This document shows, one piece after another, positions 30,846-40,552 of a stretch of 64,000 bases of DNA. The stretch comes from Longimicrobiales bacterium. Its GTDB lineage: Bacteria > Gemmatimonadota > Gemmatimonadetes > Longimicrobiales > Gaopeijiaceae. Location: positions 3,136,001 through 3,200,000 of the forward strand of contig OZ220732.1 of assembly GCA_965116905.1 (NCBI GenBank), read 5' to 3'. A program made the position numbers and the translations under genes. The notes below the pieces were generated by a model. The model had not been told where the DNA came from and searched no databases. It saw only the letters and a program-made list of their open reading frames with translations. Each line of letters opens with the position of its first letter. Positions within the stretch are counted from its first letter, which is position 1.

Positions 30846-31472
30846 TTACAGGGGCCCGGGACGGGACAGGTGCCCCATGATCCGCCGGCCCTCCGCCTGA
30901 AGGTCGCGGAGCTGGTCGCAGATCTCTTGCAGATCGTCCCCGCCGAGGGGCGCCGGCACACCGGAATCGTGGATCAGGCTGAAGAAAAGGAGGTCCGTGT
31001 GGCCAACGCTCGCCTGGGTCACGCCGATATCGACAGCCCGATTGAGATGAAGGATCTCCCGGAGCGGCAACCCGCCTTCAGCCGTCGCGGGGGGACGCTC
31101 GAACATCAATACCAGGATGACTTCCCGCAGAAGCTGGAACTCCTCGATCACTTCGCCGGCGGACAGGCCGCGCCGGGCGGCCACCGAACCGAAGAGCTCG
31201 GCGCCCTCCGACCAGAGCGGCAGGATCTGGGCCCGGTAGGCCCCGAGCATACCCGGCAGCAGGGAGACCAGCCCTCGGCAGAACGGCCTCGCGACGGGCC
31301 GCGTGTCTCCCGCCCACGACTCTCCATTCGCCAACAGGCCCGACGCCCAGCGCTCGGCGATCCCGGGCGAACGCTCGTCGATCCACGCTGCCATGTCGAC
31401 GGGAACGGCAAGGGTCCGTCCGCTTGCGCGCGAGTCCGAAGGGCCGGGCCTGCCTGGAGTCATGTGGAGCAC
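30846..31472 (-). CDS. Hypothetical protein, RsbR/RsbRD N-terminal-like helical sensor domain
   Basis: AARRGLSAGEVIEEFQLLREVI resembles RsbRD_N-type domains; follows HK on same strand. Confidence 0.6.
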   Translation of the reverse strand: MLHMTPGRPGPSDSRASGRTLAVPVDMAAWIDERSPGIAERWASGLLANGESWAGDTRPVARPFCRGLVSLLPGMLGAYRAQILPLWSEGAELFGSVAARRGLSAGEVIEEFQLLREVILVLMFERPPATAEGGLPLREILHLNRAVDIGVTQASVGHTDLLFFSLIHDSGVPAPLGGDDLQEICDQLRDLQAEGRRIMGHLSRPGPL

Positions 31473-31481
31473 AGGACCATT

Positions 31482-34400
31482 CTACTCGCCCGCGTCGGAA
31501 CCGCCAAGGTCCTCCTGCCGTTCCCCAGTGGCGGGCTCGTACACTTGCAGGCCGATTCTCACGAGGGTGCCACGGCCGACTTTGCTCCGCACATCCACGG
31601 TGCCGCCCCATGAGTCGACCAGCCGCTTGGCAATCGCGAGTCCCAGACCGGTCCCCGTGGAGCGCGTCGAAAACTGAGGCTCGAAGATGCGCGGAAGCAG
31701 CTCGTCGGGGATCCCGGACCCCTGGTCCTCCACGACCACCGCCACCCTCCGCGAGCCATCCGCGGGCTCGACGGCGCCGATGCGCACAACCCCACCGCCC
31801 GGCATCGCGGCTCTGGCGTTCTCCAGCAGGTTGAGCAGCACCTCCTTGAGTTCGTCGGGACGCGCAACCACCCTGGGCAGGGTGGCCGGCAAATCGCTCT
31901 CGAGACGGATCGTGGTCTTGCCACCGCCCTGGTAGAGGTTCAGGAGCTCCCTGATCACCTCGCCCGGATCGACGGCGACCAGCGGACCCGCCTCGGCCGC
32001 CCCTGGCGAGGCCAGCCGGGAGAAGCCGCGCGCGATCGAGGCGAGCCGATCGATCTCCCCGAGGATCGCGCCCACGTTTCTGTCCAGTATTCTGCCAAAA
32101 TCGCCTCTCCTGTCTTCCCACGCGCGACGCAGGTGCTGCACCGAGAGCTTGATCGGCGTCAGCGGATTCTTCACCTCGTGGGCAACCTGCTTCGCCATTT
32201 CGCCCCAGGCCAGAATCCTCTCGCTGCGAAGTTCGTCGGTGACGTCCTCGATATTGACCACGACACCGCCCCAGCGGCCCTCCTGCACGATGCGCCGGGC
32301 CCGCACCCGGATTCGCTTGCCGCCCCACTTGAAATCCCCGTCCGCTTCGACCGAGCCGCTCCCCATGTGCCCATCCAGCCAGGCCGCCAGCTCGGCCGCG
32401 TACGCACCCGATCTCGGAATCGCCTGGCCGGTCACCAGGGATGTGGCGAGCAGGGATTCGGCGCGCGGGTTGGCCACGGTAACACTTCCCGCGGGATCCA
32501 CTGCGATCACCCCCGTGGCCGCTTCCTCCACGATGGCTTCGGTACGCCGCGTCGTCCGCAGCAGCTCCTGCCGAGCGTCGTCCAGTCTCAACACCATGCG
32601 GTTGAATGCCGCGAAGACGGACCCGAACTCGTCCACGCGGTCCTCCGGCAGGTGCACGGCCAGGTTGCCGCTCCCGACCCGCTCCGACGCCACCCGAAGC
32701 GTCTGGATCGGCCGCGCCAGCGCCCTGCCCACGAAAAGGGCGAGTCCCAGCGAGAGAATGGGGCCGAGCACGATGGCGAATCCGAGCAGATCGGCCACGT
32801 CACGGCGGCGCAGCGCGGCGGCGCCCGCCCGCAGCGGCACCGGCGATGCCACGATGTCGCCGTCCGGCAGCCGTCTGTGAGCCACCACGTAGCGCCAGTC
32901 CCCGAGGTTCTCGACCTGGGACGCCCTCAAGCGCTGCCGCGTCTCCAGCGCATCGTAGATTCCGGGGTCCACCCAGCCTTCGTAGAGCCCGAGCTGGATC
33001 AACTCGTCGACCGAGCCGCCAACCAGTTCGCCACCGCGGTATTCAAGCAGGTCCGCGCCCACCCGGCGTGCCAGCGACTCCATCGACCCACCCTCCTCCA
33101 GGTACGCCTCGGCGATCTGCGTGACCACCCGCTCGGCCAGCGCGGTGGCCGTGCGCTCGGAGGCCCCGGCCAGCGTGCGATAGGCGAGGGTCCCGAAGAG
33201 CACATTGGACAGGATGAAGAATCCGAAAAGAGTGAGGGTGACCCGCGCACGGAACGACGTGAGCAATCCACGCCAGTCGACGCGTGCGGGCAGCCGGAAC
33301 CCGAGGATCGCGACGCTGATCAGCCACAGGGCCGAGAACACGGCCAGACCGAGAGCCATCAGCAGTGTCGCTCGCGCGAGCATGACCGAGAGGTTGGGAA
33401 TGCTGATGGTATAGAAGACGGAGTACGGGCCGTCGGGGTACTGAGCCAGGCCTTCGGCCCTCCACCCCTCCTGGTTGCGGCTCCATTCGACCGGGCGCGT
33501 TCCCTCCACGTCCCCGCCCGGCGGTGTCTGGACCAGCGTCAGGAATTCCTGGTCACCTTCCTCCTCCACCGAGGCGAACAGCGGACCGAGGGGTGAAGGG
33601 GCGTCGATGGTGCGCCTGGGAGGAACGGTGCCCGTCACGAGCCGGCCGTCGGCCAGCACTACGGCGACAAGGTGGTGGACATCGATGTCGTTCGGGTCGT
33701 GGTACTCGCCCGTGCCCGCCGCCCGGAGTTGGGGGAGAAGATCGACCACCGATTCCGGGCGGTCGCCCTTTACACCCAGCCGGAGTTCCTGCACGGGGAC
33801 GTCGTCCGCCGACCAAAGCGTCAGGAACATGGCCCTCCCCCTGCCGGCAAGGTCACTGCCGACCCAGGCCTGGTACATCATCTCCACGTCGCCCGCACCG
33901 GCTTGATCCAGCGAGTCTATCTGCGCCGCAAAGCGATCCAGAAGGGGTTCGAGATTCGGCTCCGACGCGATGCCCAGTCGTCCCATCTGCTCTTCGGCGA
34001 TCATCATGCGCGCCTCCGTGCGCATCGACCAGGTGAACGGCAGGACCGCGGTCGTGGACAGCCAGAAGGAGCAGAACCAGTGGGAATACGACCGGGGACG
34101 GAATACCCCGAGGCCCCGAGCCACCGCCGCGGTGGGCACGCCCCACAGCACCGCCAGCACCGGAGCGACCGCGGGTCCGGTACGCACGCCGATCGCCACC
34201 AGGATCCCCAGCAGGCCGGCGGCGGCGAGGCCAAGCGCGACCAGGCCCGGTCCACCCCGTTCGCCGGCACCCGGACGCCAGGCGAGTGCAACCGCCGTAA
34301 CGACGGCCAGGATCATGGACACGGTGGCCTGAAAGACGATCCAGCGACCGTCCGTCGTCCCCATGAGTTCCGCGGAGGCGCTGCCCTCCATCCAGACGAG

Positions 34401-35582
34401 GACGAGCGGAAACGCCGCAGCCACCACCAGCGGTGCCGCCCACGCTCCAAGGCTCGGGCGCCATCGCGGCAGGATCAGGACGGCCGCCGGCATGATCGCG
34501 GCGCACAACAGAACGATGCGGCCCAGCGTGAGGGGCACGGGACCGAGCAGCCCGAAAGCGGCCGGATCCACAAGTTCCGGTCTCCTGAAGAGTCCGACCA
34601 GAGGCAGCAGAGCCGCGGCGATTCCCAACACCGCCACCGAGTACACGAGATTGGCTCTCGATATGCCGAAGGAGAGGGCGAGCCACACCAGCGCAGCGAG
34701 GGCGGCGACGATTCTCGCCCAGCGGACGTGTTCCTCGGCGCGCCGCACTTCCTGCGCGGGCTCGTCGATCGTGATGCTCAGCAGGGTCTCGTCGGGCCAT
34801 CCGAAGTCGAACACGCCCGGTCCCGCCGCCCGGTCGGAACGGGAGATCCCGATGCGCTCCCCCGTCTCTTCACGGAACCGCGAGGCGAAATCACCCAGGC
34901 CCGAGGCGAAGAACTCCGGCAGGTCGGAACGGATCAGCGCCGCCACCACCGCGGCCCCCCCGCCTTCGGGGAGCACCCTCGTAAAATACAGGTACGAGAA
35001 AAGGGGCGTGCCCGCGTACGCGTACCGTCCCATCTCCGCGAGCGTATCCTTCGGGAGGCGGCCCTGGTGTCGGCCCTCCCACGCCACCAGTCCGCCGTCC
35101 GCACCGATGACCGCCGCCGCCGACAACCCCGTGTCCTCCAGCAGCGTCCGCAACGAGTCCTGCAGAACCCCGCGTCCACCTTCCACCGAGGCGGTGCGGA
35201 CCAGCCTTTCTACCGCGGCATCTCCCTCCAACACCAGCGCGTCGAATTCGGCACCAAGGCGTTCCGCAACCCCTTCCCGCCGTTCTTCCCAGTATTGGTC
35301 CCAGCCTTCGGCAAAGCGGCGGTCGGCGGCATCCCCAAAAAAACCGGCGACTACGCCCGCGGCGAGCAGGACGACCGAAATGCCATGGCGCCAGCCCTCC
35401 TGCCTCTGGACGGCCGCCCAGGATACGAGGAGAGCCGCGGCCGCAAGGAGCCACGTCGTGTCGACGCGCGTCCACACGACCAGGCAGAAGAGCCCCGCCC
35501 AGAGAAGATGGCCCGCGGATTCGGACCGACGCTCGGAGGTGTCCCGGCCCGTCACTGGCTGCGGGCCCCCCACGAGTCCCAC
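31482..35582 (-). CDS. Large multi-TM sensor histidine kinase (NtrY-like HAMP-PAS-HisKA-HATPase C-terminus)
   Basis: Many TM helices; EMAKQVAHEVKNPLTPI, NLLENA, DQGSG, GTGLGLAI. Confidence 0.92.
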   Translation of the reverse strand: MGLVGGPQPVTGRDTSERRSESAGHLLWAGLFCLVVWTRVDTTWLLAAAALLVSWAAVQRQEGWRHGISVVLLAAGVVAGFFGDAADRRFAEGWDQYWEERREGVAERLGAEFDALVLEGDAAVERLVRTASVEGGRGVLQDSLRTLLEDTGLSAAAVIGADGGLVAWEGRHQGRLPKDTLAEMGRYAYAGTPLFSYLYFTRVLPEGGGAAVVAALIRSDLPEFFASGLGDFASRFREETGERIGISRSDRAAGPGVFDFGWPDETLLSITIDEPAQEVRRAEEHVRWARIVAALAALVWLALSFGISRANLVYSVAVLGIAAALLPLVGLFRRPELVDPAAFGLLGPVPLTLGRIVLLCAAIMPAAVLILPRWRPSLGAWAAPLVVAAAFPLVLVWMEGSASAELMGTTDGRWIVFQATVSMILAVVTAVALAWRPGAGERGGPGLVALGLAAAGLLGILVAIGVRTGPAVAPVLAVLWGVPTAAVARGLGVFRPRSYSHWFCSFWLSTTAVLPFTWSMRTEARMMIAEEQMGRLGIASEPNLEPLLDRFAAQIDSLDQAGAGDVEMMYQAWVGSDLAGRGRAMFLTLWSADDVPVQELRLGVKGDRPESVVDLLPQLRAAGTGEYHDPNDIDVHHLVAVVLADGRLVTGTVPPRRTIDAPSPLGPLFASVEEEGDQEFLTLVQTPPGGDVEGTRPVEWSRNQEGWRAEGLAQYPDGPYSVFYTISIPNLSVMLARATLLMALGLAVFSALWLISVAILGFRLPARVDWRGLLTSFRARVTLTLFGFFILSNVLFGTLAYRTLAGASERTATALAERVVTQIAEAYLEEGGSMESLARRVGADLLEYRGGELVGGSVDELIQLGLYEGWVDPGIYDALETRQRLRASQVENLGDWRYVVAHRRLPDGDIVASPVPLRAGAAALRRRDVADLLGFAIVLGPILSLGLALFVGRALARPIQTLRVASERVGSGNLAVHLPEDRVDEFGSVFAAFNRMVLRLDDARQELLRTTRRTEAIVEEAATGVIAVDPAGSVTVANPRAESLLATSLVTGQAIPRSGAYAAELAAWLDGHMGSGSVEADGDFKWGGKRIRVRARRIVQEGRWGGVVVNIEDVTDELRSERILAWGEMAKQVAHEVKNPLTPIKLSVQHLRRAWEDRRGDFGRILDRNVGAILGEIDRLASIARGFSRLASPGAAEAGPLVAVDPGEVIRELLNLYQGGGKTTIRLESDLPATLPRVVARPDELKEVLLNLLENARAAMPGGGVVRIGAVEPADGSRRVAVVVEDQGSGIPDELLPRIFEPQFSTRSTGTGLGLAIAKRLVDSWGGTVDVRSKVGRGTLVRIGLQVYEPATGERQEDLGGSDAGE

Positions 35583-35628
35583 ACAGACATTGGCCTAGCC
35601 CCCTTCTTTTGCCGTTATTGTTAATCTA

Positions 35629-36360
35629 ATGGATCGCCACATTTCCTCGCGCCGGCCGCTCGGGTCTGCCGGCAGCCTCCTGACCGTTGCCGCGGTATCC
35701 GTCCTCGCGTCCTCTTTTCCGAGCGCGCACCTCCTGGGACAGCAGCTCGACCGGGGACGCTTTCGCCTTTTCCTGGACGGCCTGGAGATCGGAACGGAGG
35801 ACTTCACGATCCAGCGGATCGGTGCGGGCGACGCCCAGGAGACGCTAGCCCGCGCCGCTGTCAGAATGAATGACGGACGCGTCGTTACCACGATCCTCAG
35901 GACGGTCGGTCCGTCCATGGCATTCTCGGACTATCAGGCCTTCGTCAGGGGCGCCGACACGCTCGAAGTTCGAGTCCTGCACGCGGGCAATCGACTGCGG
36001 CGGGTGACGCGCGCGCCCTGGGGCGAGGAGGAACAGGAATTCAGGGCCAGTCCGGGGACGATGATCTTCGATCCCGGCATCGCCCACCACTACTTCGTCC
36101 TGGGCGGCTTCCTCGCGCGCGAGACCGGCGACATGACGCTGCACGCGTTCGAGCCACGGTCCGAGAGAGAGGACTGGGCCGCGGATCTGCAGATCGGATC
36201 GGAGACCATCACGCTGCAGGGCGAACAGGTGGCGGCGACCCGGGTGCGGATCGTGTCCGGTGACCAGGTCCGGACCGTATGGTTCGACGGGAGTGGCAGG
36301 CTCGTGCGGGTGGAGGTGCCAACGGACGGCTTCGTTGCGCAAAGGGAATACGGGGGTTGA
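35629..36360 (+). CDS. Hypothetical secreted beta-rich protein
   Basis: Signal peptide, IGTEDF N-terminal strand, VWFD..GRLVRVE C-terminus. Confidence 0.7.
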   Translation: MDRHISSRRPLGSAGSLLTVAAVSVLASSFPSAHLLGQQLDRGRFRLFLDGLEIGTEDFTIQRIGAGDAQETLARAAVRMNDGRVVTTILRTVGPSMAFSDYQAFVRGADTLEVRVLHAGNRLRRVTRAPWGEEEQEFRASPGTMIFDPGIAHHYFVLGGFLARETGDMTLHAFEPRSEREDWAADLQIGSETITLQGEQVAATRVRIVSGDQVRTVWFDGSGRLVRVEVPTDGFVAQREYGG

Positions 36361-36471
36361 ACCAAATCGGCCTCGCGGCCGTAGACCGAAACTGGAGACG
36401 CGACGACCGCGTAATGGGTTCGGCGCGTACTGGGCCCCATCCGGGGTCCCGAAGAGACGAGGAGGGAGATC

Positions 36472-38001
36472 GTGGTGGATAAGCGGATAATGTTCCAGGC
36501 CCGATGGCCGGTGTGGATTCTCGTTGCTTTCGTGGCGGCTACCGCCCTTGCGCCGCCGTTGCGCGCGCAGGACCGGCTCTCCGCCTCGTTGACGCTGGAG
36601 GAGGCGCTCCGCGTGGCGCTGCGCAACAACCCGGGCGTGCAGGCGGTCCGGAACGACCTGCAGGTCGCAAACTGGAACCTGAACTCGGCCTATGGGTCCT
36701 GGCTCCCCTCGGCGTCCCTGAACTCTTCGGTCTCCTGGCAGGGAGCGGGCGAACAGCGGTTCGGGAGTATCACCGCGGACCAGCTCGGCTTTCAGGATCA
36801 ACCCTCGTTCCTGTTCAGTTCGTACAACGCCGGCTTGAACTTCTCGATGGACGGGCGCAAGCTGATGGCCCCGGGCCAGGCCCGCAGGTCCCGCGATGCC
36901 ACGCAGGCGCAGATCCGGAGTACCGAAGCGGCCCTCCGCCTGGCCGTGACCAAGGCCTACCTCGAGGTGCTCCGCCAGGGTGAGGGCCTGACGCTTGCCG
37001 AACAGGAACTCGAGCGGGCCCGGATCAACCTGCGGCTGGCCCAGGGACGCCAGGAGGTGGGGTCCGGCAACGCCATCGATGTGAGGCAGGCGGAAGTGAA
37101 CGTGGGCCGGGCGGAAGTGACCCTGATTCAGTCGCGCACCGGCGTCCAGACTTCCCGGATACGGCTGCTTCAGCAGATCGGCCTGGACCTGAACGCCGAC
37201 CCGACGCTCGCGACGACGTTTTCGGTGACTCAGCCCGAATGGACGCCCGAGGATCTCTATCAGGCGGCGATGGGAAACAACCCGGATCTCCAGGCGATGC
37301 GGGCCCAGGAGGAAGCCTCCCGCTACGACGTGAGCATCGCCCGCTCCTCCTACTTCCCCAGCGTGTCCATGTCCGCCGGCTGGAGCGGCTTCACGCGGCA
37401 GGCCAGCAGCACCGCCGGCCAGGAGGCCCAGGCGATCGCCGCCGGGGCGGCCAGGGTGCAGCAGTGCCTGACGCTGAACGACCTCGTCTCACGCCTCCCG
37501 AACCCTCCGCCGCTCCAGAATTGCAGCGTCCTGGCGACTCCCGAGTCCGCGATCGAATCCATCCGGGCCGAAAACCAGGCGTTTCCATTCAATTTCACCA
37601 GCCAGCCGCCCTCCGTCGGTCTGCAGATCTCGATCCCGATATTCCAGGGGCTTGGCCGGCAGAGGGAGCTGGAGAGCGCTCGTGCCCAGTTGAACGACAA
37701 CCGGTTCCGCATCCGCGAACAGGAGTTGGCTCTGCGGGCGGATATCGAGGCGAGCGTCGCACTGGTTCGCACCGCGTACGAAAGCGCCCTGATCGAGGAG
37801 CGCAACCAGGCGCTGGCCGACGAGCAATTGCGCCTGGCACAGGAACGATACCGCCTGGGGTTCTCCAACTTCATCGATCTGGTGGAGGCGGAGACCGTGA
37901 AAGCACGAGCCGACCGCGAGCGTATCGTGGCGATATTCATCTATCATGACGCAGTCGCCGACCTCGAGGCGGTCGTCGGCATGCCTCTAAGGAATCCATA
38001 A
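36472..38001 (+). CDS. TolC-family outer membrane efflux protein
   Basis: Signal peptide, LTLEEAL..AL.NNP, two helical repeats, ERYRLG. Confidence 0.92.
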   Translation: MVDKRIMFQARWPVWILVAFVAATALAPPLRAQDRLSASLTLEEALRVALRNNPGVQAVRNDLQVANWNLNSAYGSWLPSASLNSSVSWQGAGEQRFGSITADQLGFQDQPSFLFSSYNAGLNFSMDGRKLMAPGQARRSRDATQAQIRSTEAALRLAVTKAYLEVLRQGEGLTLAEQELERARINLRLAQGRQEVGSGNAIDVRQAEVNVGRAEVTLIQSRTGVQTSRIRLLQQIGLDLNADPTLATTFSVTQPEWTPEDLYQAAMGNNPDLQAMRAQEEASRYDVSIARSSYFPSVSMSAGWSGFTRQASSTAGQEAQAIAAGAARVQQCLTLNDLVSRLPNPPPLQNCSVLATPESAIESIRAENQAFPFNFTSQPPSVGLQISIPIFQGLGRQRELESARAQLNDNRFRIREQELALRADIEASVALVRTAYESALIEERNQALADEQLRLAQERYRLGFSNFIDLVEAETVKARADRERIVAIFIYHDAVADLEAVVGMPLRNP

Positions 38002-38009
38002 AGAACACC

Positions 38010-39278
38010 ATGAGAACCAGAACCAAGGTGATGATCGGGACGGGGATCGCGATCCTGCTCGTCTCGGCCGCCGGGCTGAGCATGAACGGCCGGCGCCAAC
38101 AGGGAATCGAAGTCCGGATCGAAACCGTCGACAGGCGCGACCTGGTCGCGACCGTTACGGCCAGCGGCAACGTCCGCGCGCGCCGGAAGGTGGACATCAG
38201 TTCGGACATTTCCGCCCGGGTGGCGGAGCTGCTGGTGGATGAGGGCGAGGACGTGGAAGAAGGACAGGTCCTGCTGCGACTCGACCCCACGCGCTACCAG
38301 GCGGCGGTCAACCGGAGCCGGGCGAACCTCAGCCAATCCCAGGCCCAGGTGGCGCAGGCACGGGCCAACTTTGTGCGTGCGCAGAGGGAGGCGGAACGCC
38401 TGGACTCGCTGCACGCCCGCGAGCCTCTCCTGGTGAGCCGCCAGGAGGTCGATAACGCGCAGACCGACCTGGAGGTCCAGCGGTCCCTGCTCGAATCTTC
38501 GGAATTCGGGGTCAACCAGGCGCGCGCCGCGCTCGAAGAGGCAAGCGACCAGCTCGCCAAGACCATTATCACCGCGCCGATGGCGGGCCGGGTTACCCGT
38601 CTCAACGTCGAAGAGGGCGAGACGGTGATCGTGGGCACCATGAACAACCCGGGAAGCCTGGTGCTGACCGTGTCGGATCTGTCGGTGATGGAGGTCGTCC
38701 TCGAAGTGGACGAAACCGATGTGCCCGAGATCACACTGGGCGACAGCGCGACCGTCGAACTGGACGCGTTCCCGGATCTGGATTTCCCGGGGGTCGTCAC
38801 CGAGATCGGCAACAGCGCCATTCGTCCACCGTCGCAGGCTGCCAGCACGGGCCAGACGCCGACCATCGACTTCGAGGTGGTCGTGACCCTCGACAGTCCG
38901 GAGGTCGAGCTCCGCCCCGATCTGTCCGCCACCGCCGAACTGATCACCGAGACACGCGTCGACCAGCTGAGCATTCCGATCATCGCGCTTACCTTACGCG
39001 AACCGGACGACGAGGACGACGACGAGGCCGAAGGCGACGACGGCGCGGTGCCCGATCCGATTGAAGGGGTCTTTGTCGTAATGGATGGCGAGGTCGTCTT
39101 CACGCCGGTCGCGGTCGGAATCGCCGGCCAGGAGTACTTCGAGGTGATTTCCGGGTTGTCGCTCGGGGACACGGTCGTCAGCGGACCGTATCAGGTCGTC
39201 CGAACCCTGGAGGACGGAGACCAGGTGCGGGCGGACGAGAGCGACGCCGACGACGACGCGCGGGACGGACAGGGCTGA
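38010..39278 (+). CDS. Efflux periplasmic adaptor (MacA-like)
   Basis: VTASG, lipoyl halves (VDEGEDVEEGQVL; ITAPMAG), GETVIVGTMNNPGS, VDETD. Confidence 0.93.
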   Translation: MRTRTKVMIGTGIAILLVSAAGLSMNGRRQQGIEVRIETVDRRDLVATVTASGNVRARRKVDISSDISARVAELLVDEGEDVEEGQVLLRLDPTRYQAAVNRSRANLSQSQAQVAQARANFVRAQREAERLDSLHAREPLLVSRQEVDNAQTDLEVQRSLLESSEFGVNQARAALEEASDQLAKTIITAPMAGRVTRLNVEEGETVIVGTMNNPGSLVLTVSDLSVMEVVLEVDETDVPEITLGDSATVELDAFPDLDFPGVVTEIGNSAIRPPSQAASTGQTPTIDFEVVVTLDSPEVELRPDLSATAELITETRVDQLSIPIIALTLREPDDEDDDEAEGDDGAVPDPIEGVFVVMDGEVVFTPVAVGIAGQEYFEVISGLSLGDTVVSGPYQVVRTLEDGDQVRADESDADDDARDGQG

Positions 39279-39310
39279 CCGTGGCACCTCGCATCGGCCG
39301 AGTCGTCTGA

Positions 39311-40552
39311 ATGCATTTCCTCGAAGGCGTGCGTCTGGCGTGGGAGCAGATCCGCACCCAGAAGCTCAAGAGTTTCTTCACGCTGCTGGGTGTGATCGTG
39401 GGCGTGATGTTCCTCATCCTCGTGGTGAGCATCGTGGAGGGAACGGACCGCTACATCCGCGGCACGCTCACCGAGCGGGTCATGGGCGTGAACACGGTCC
39501 GTGTGGGCAGGATGCCCAGAGAGGCGGTCGATCCCTCGCCCGAGCAGTGGAGGGCGTGGGCCCGTGCGCCGAGATTGACCTTCGACGACCTGGAGTACCT
39601 TCGCGACAGGATTACCTTGTCGGCGACCATCGGGGCACAATCGGATGCCGGCGGGGAACTCGAGTCGGACACCGGGCTGAAGGTCGAGAACGTAAACATC
39701 GTCGGTGCGTCGGCGGAGATCTTCGAAATCCGCAACTGGAATGTGGAACGCGGCCGGGCGTACACCAGGCAGGAGGCCGATCAGGGAGCGCCCGTAGTCG
39801 TTCTGGGCAAGTCCACGGCCGAGGTCCTCTTCGAGGGTCTCGATCCGATCGGCAGGACGGTGCGGCTTCGCGGTTTCCCGTTCCGGGTCGTGGGCGTCCT
39901 GGAGGAACAGGGCTCGTTCCTGATCGTTTCCCTGGACAATCTGGCCATCGCACCCGCGCGCTCGCCGGTCCAGAGGTTCGTCAATCCGCAAGGCATCGTG
40001 GACGAGATCATCATCAAGGCCGAGGCCCCCGAACTGGTCCTGCCCATCCATCAGGAGACCGTCGAGGCCATGCGCCTGAGACGCCGGCTCAGACCCGCGG
40101 ACCTGGACAATTTCGCCGCCGAGACGACCGAGTCGTCCCTGGCCTTCTGGGACAATATCAGCCAGGTCCTGTTCCTGGCCCTGCCCGGGCTGGTCGGCAT
40201 CTCGCTTGTCGTGGGCGGGATCGTGATCATGAACATCATGCTGGTATCGGTCATGGAGAGAACGCGGGAAATCGGCATCCGCAAGGCCATTGGCGCCCGT
40301 CGCGGCGACGTGCTGGTTCAGGTCCTGATTGAAAGCGCCACCCTCTCTGCCGTCGGTGCCGCGATCGGGGTCGGTATCGGAATCGCTCTGACCGTCCTGC
40401 TGGGCGCGATGACGCCCCTACCGGCCGCCGTGGCCCCCAAGTGGATGGCCCTCGGCGTCGCCCTCGGCGTCGGCGTGGGTGTGGCTTCGGGCGTCTATCC
40501 GGCCTCTCGCGCGGCCAGGCTCGACCCCGTCGACGCGCTGAGGTACGAATGA
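39311..40552 (+). CDS. ABC transporter permease (MacB/FtsX-like)
   Basis: LTLLGVIVGV-like TM1, VGGIVIMNIMLVSV.ERTREIGIRKAIGA, PA.RAARLDPVDALRYE. Confidence 0.94.
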   Translation: MHFLEGVRLAWEQIRTQKLKSFFTLLGVIVGVMFLILVVSIVEGTDRYIRGTLTERVMGVNTVRVGRMPREAVDPSPEQWRAWARAPRLTFDDLEYLRDRITLSATIGAQSDAGGELESDTGLKVENVNIVGASAEIFEIRNWNVERGRAYTRQEADQGAPVVVLGKSTAEVLFEGLDPIGRTVRLRGFPFRVVGVLEEQGSFLIVSLDNLAIAPARSPVQRFVNPQGIVDEIIIKAEAPELVLPIHQETVEAMRLRRRLRPADLDNFAAETTESSLAFWDNISQVLFLALPGLVGISLVVGGIVIMNIMLVSVMERTREIGIRKAIGARRGDVLVQVLIESATLSAVGAAIGVGIGIALTVLLGAMTPLPAAVAPKWMALGVALGVGVGVASGVYPASRAARLDPVDALRYE

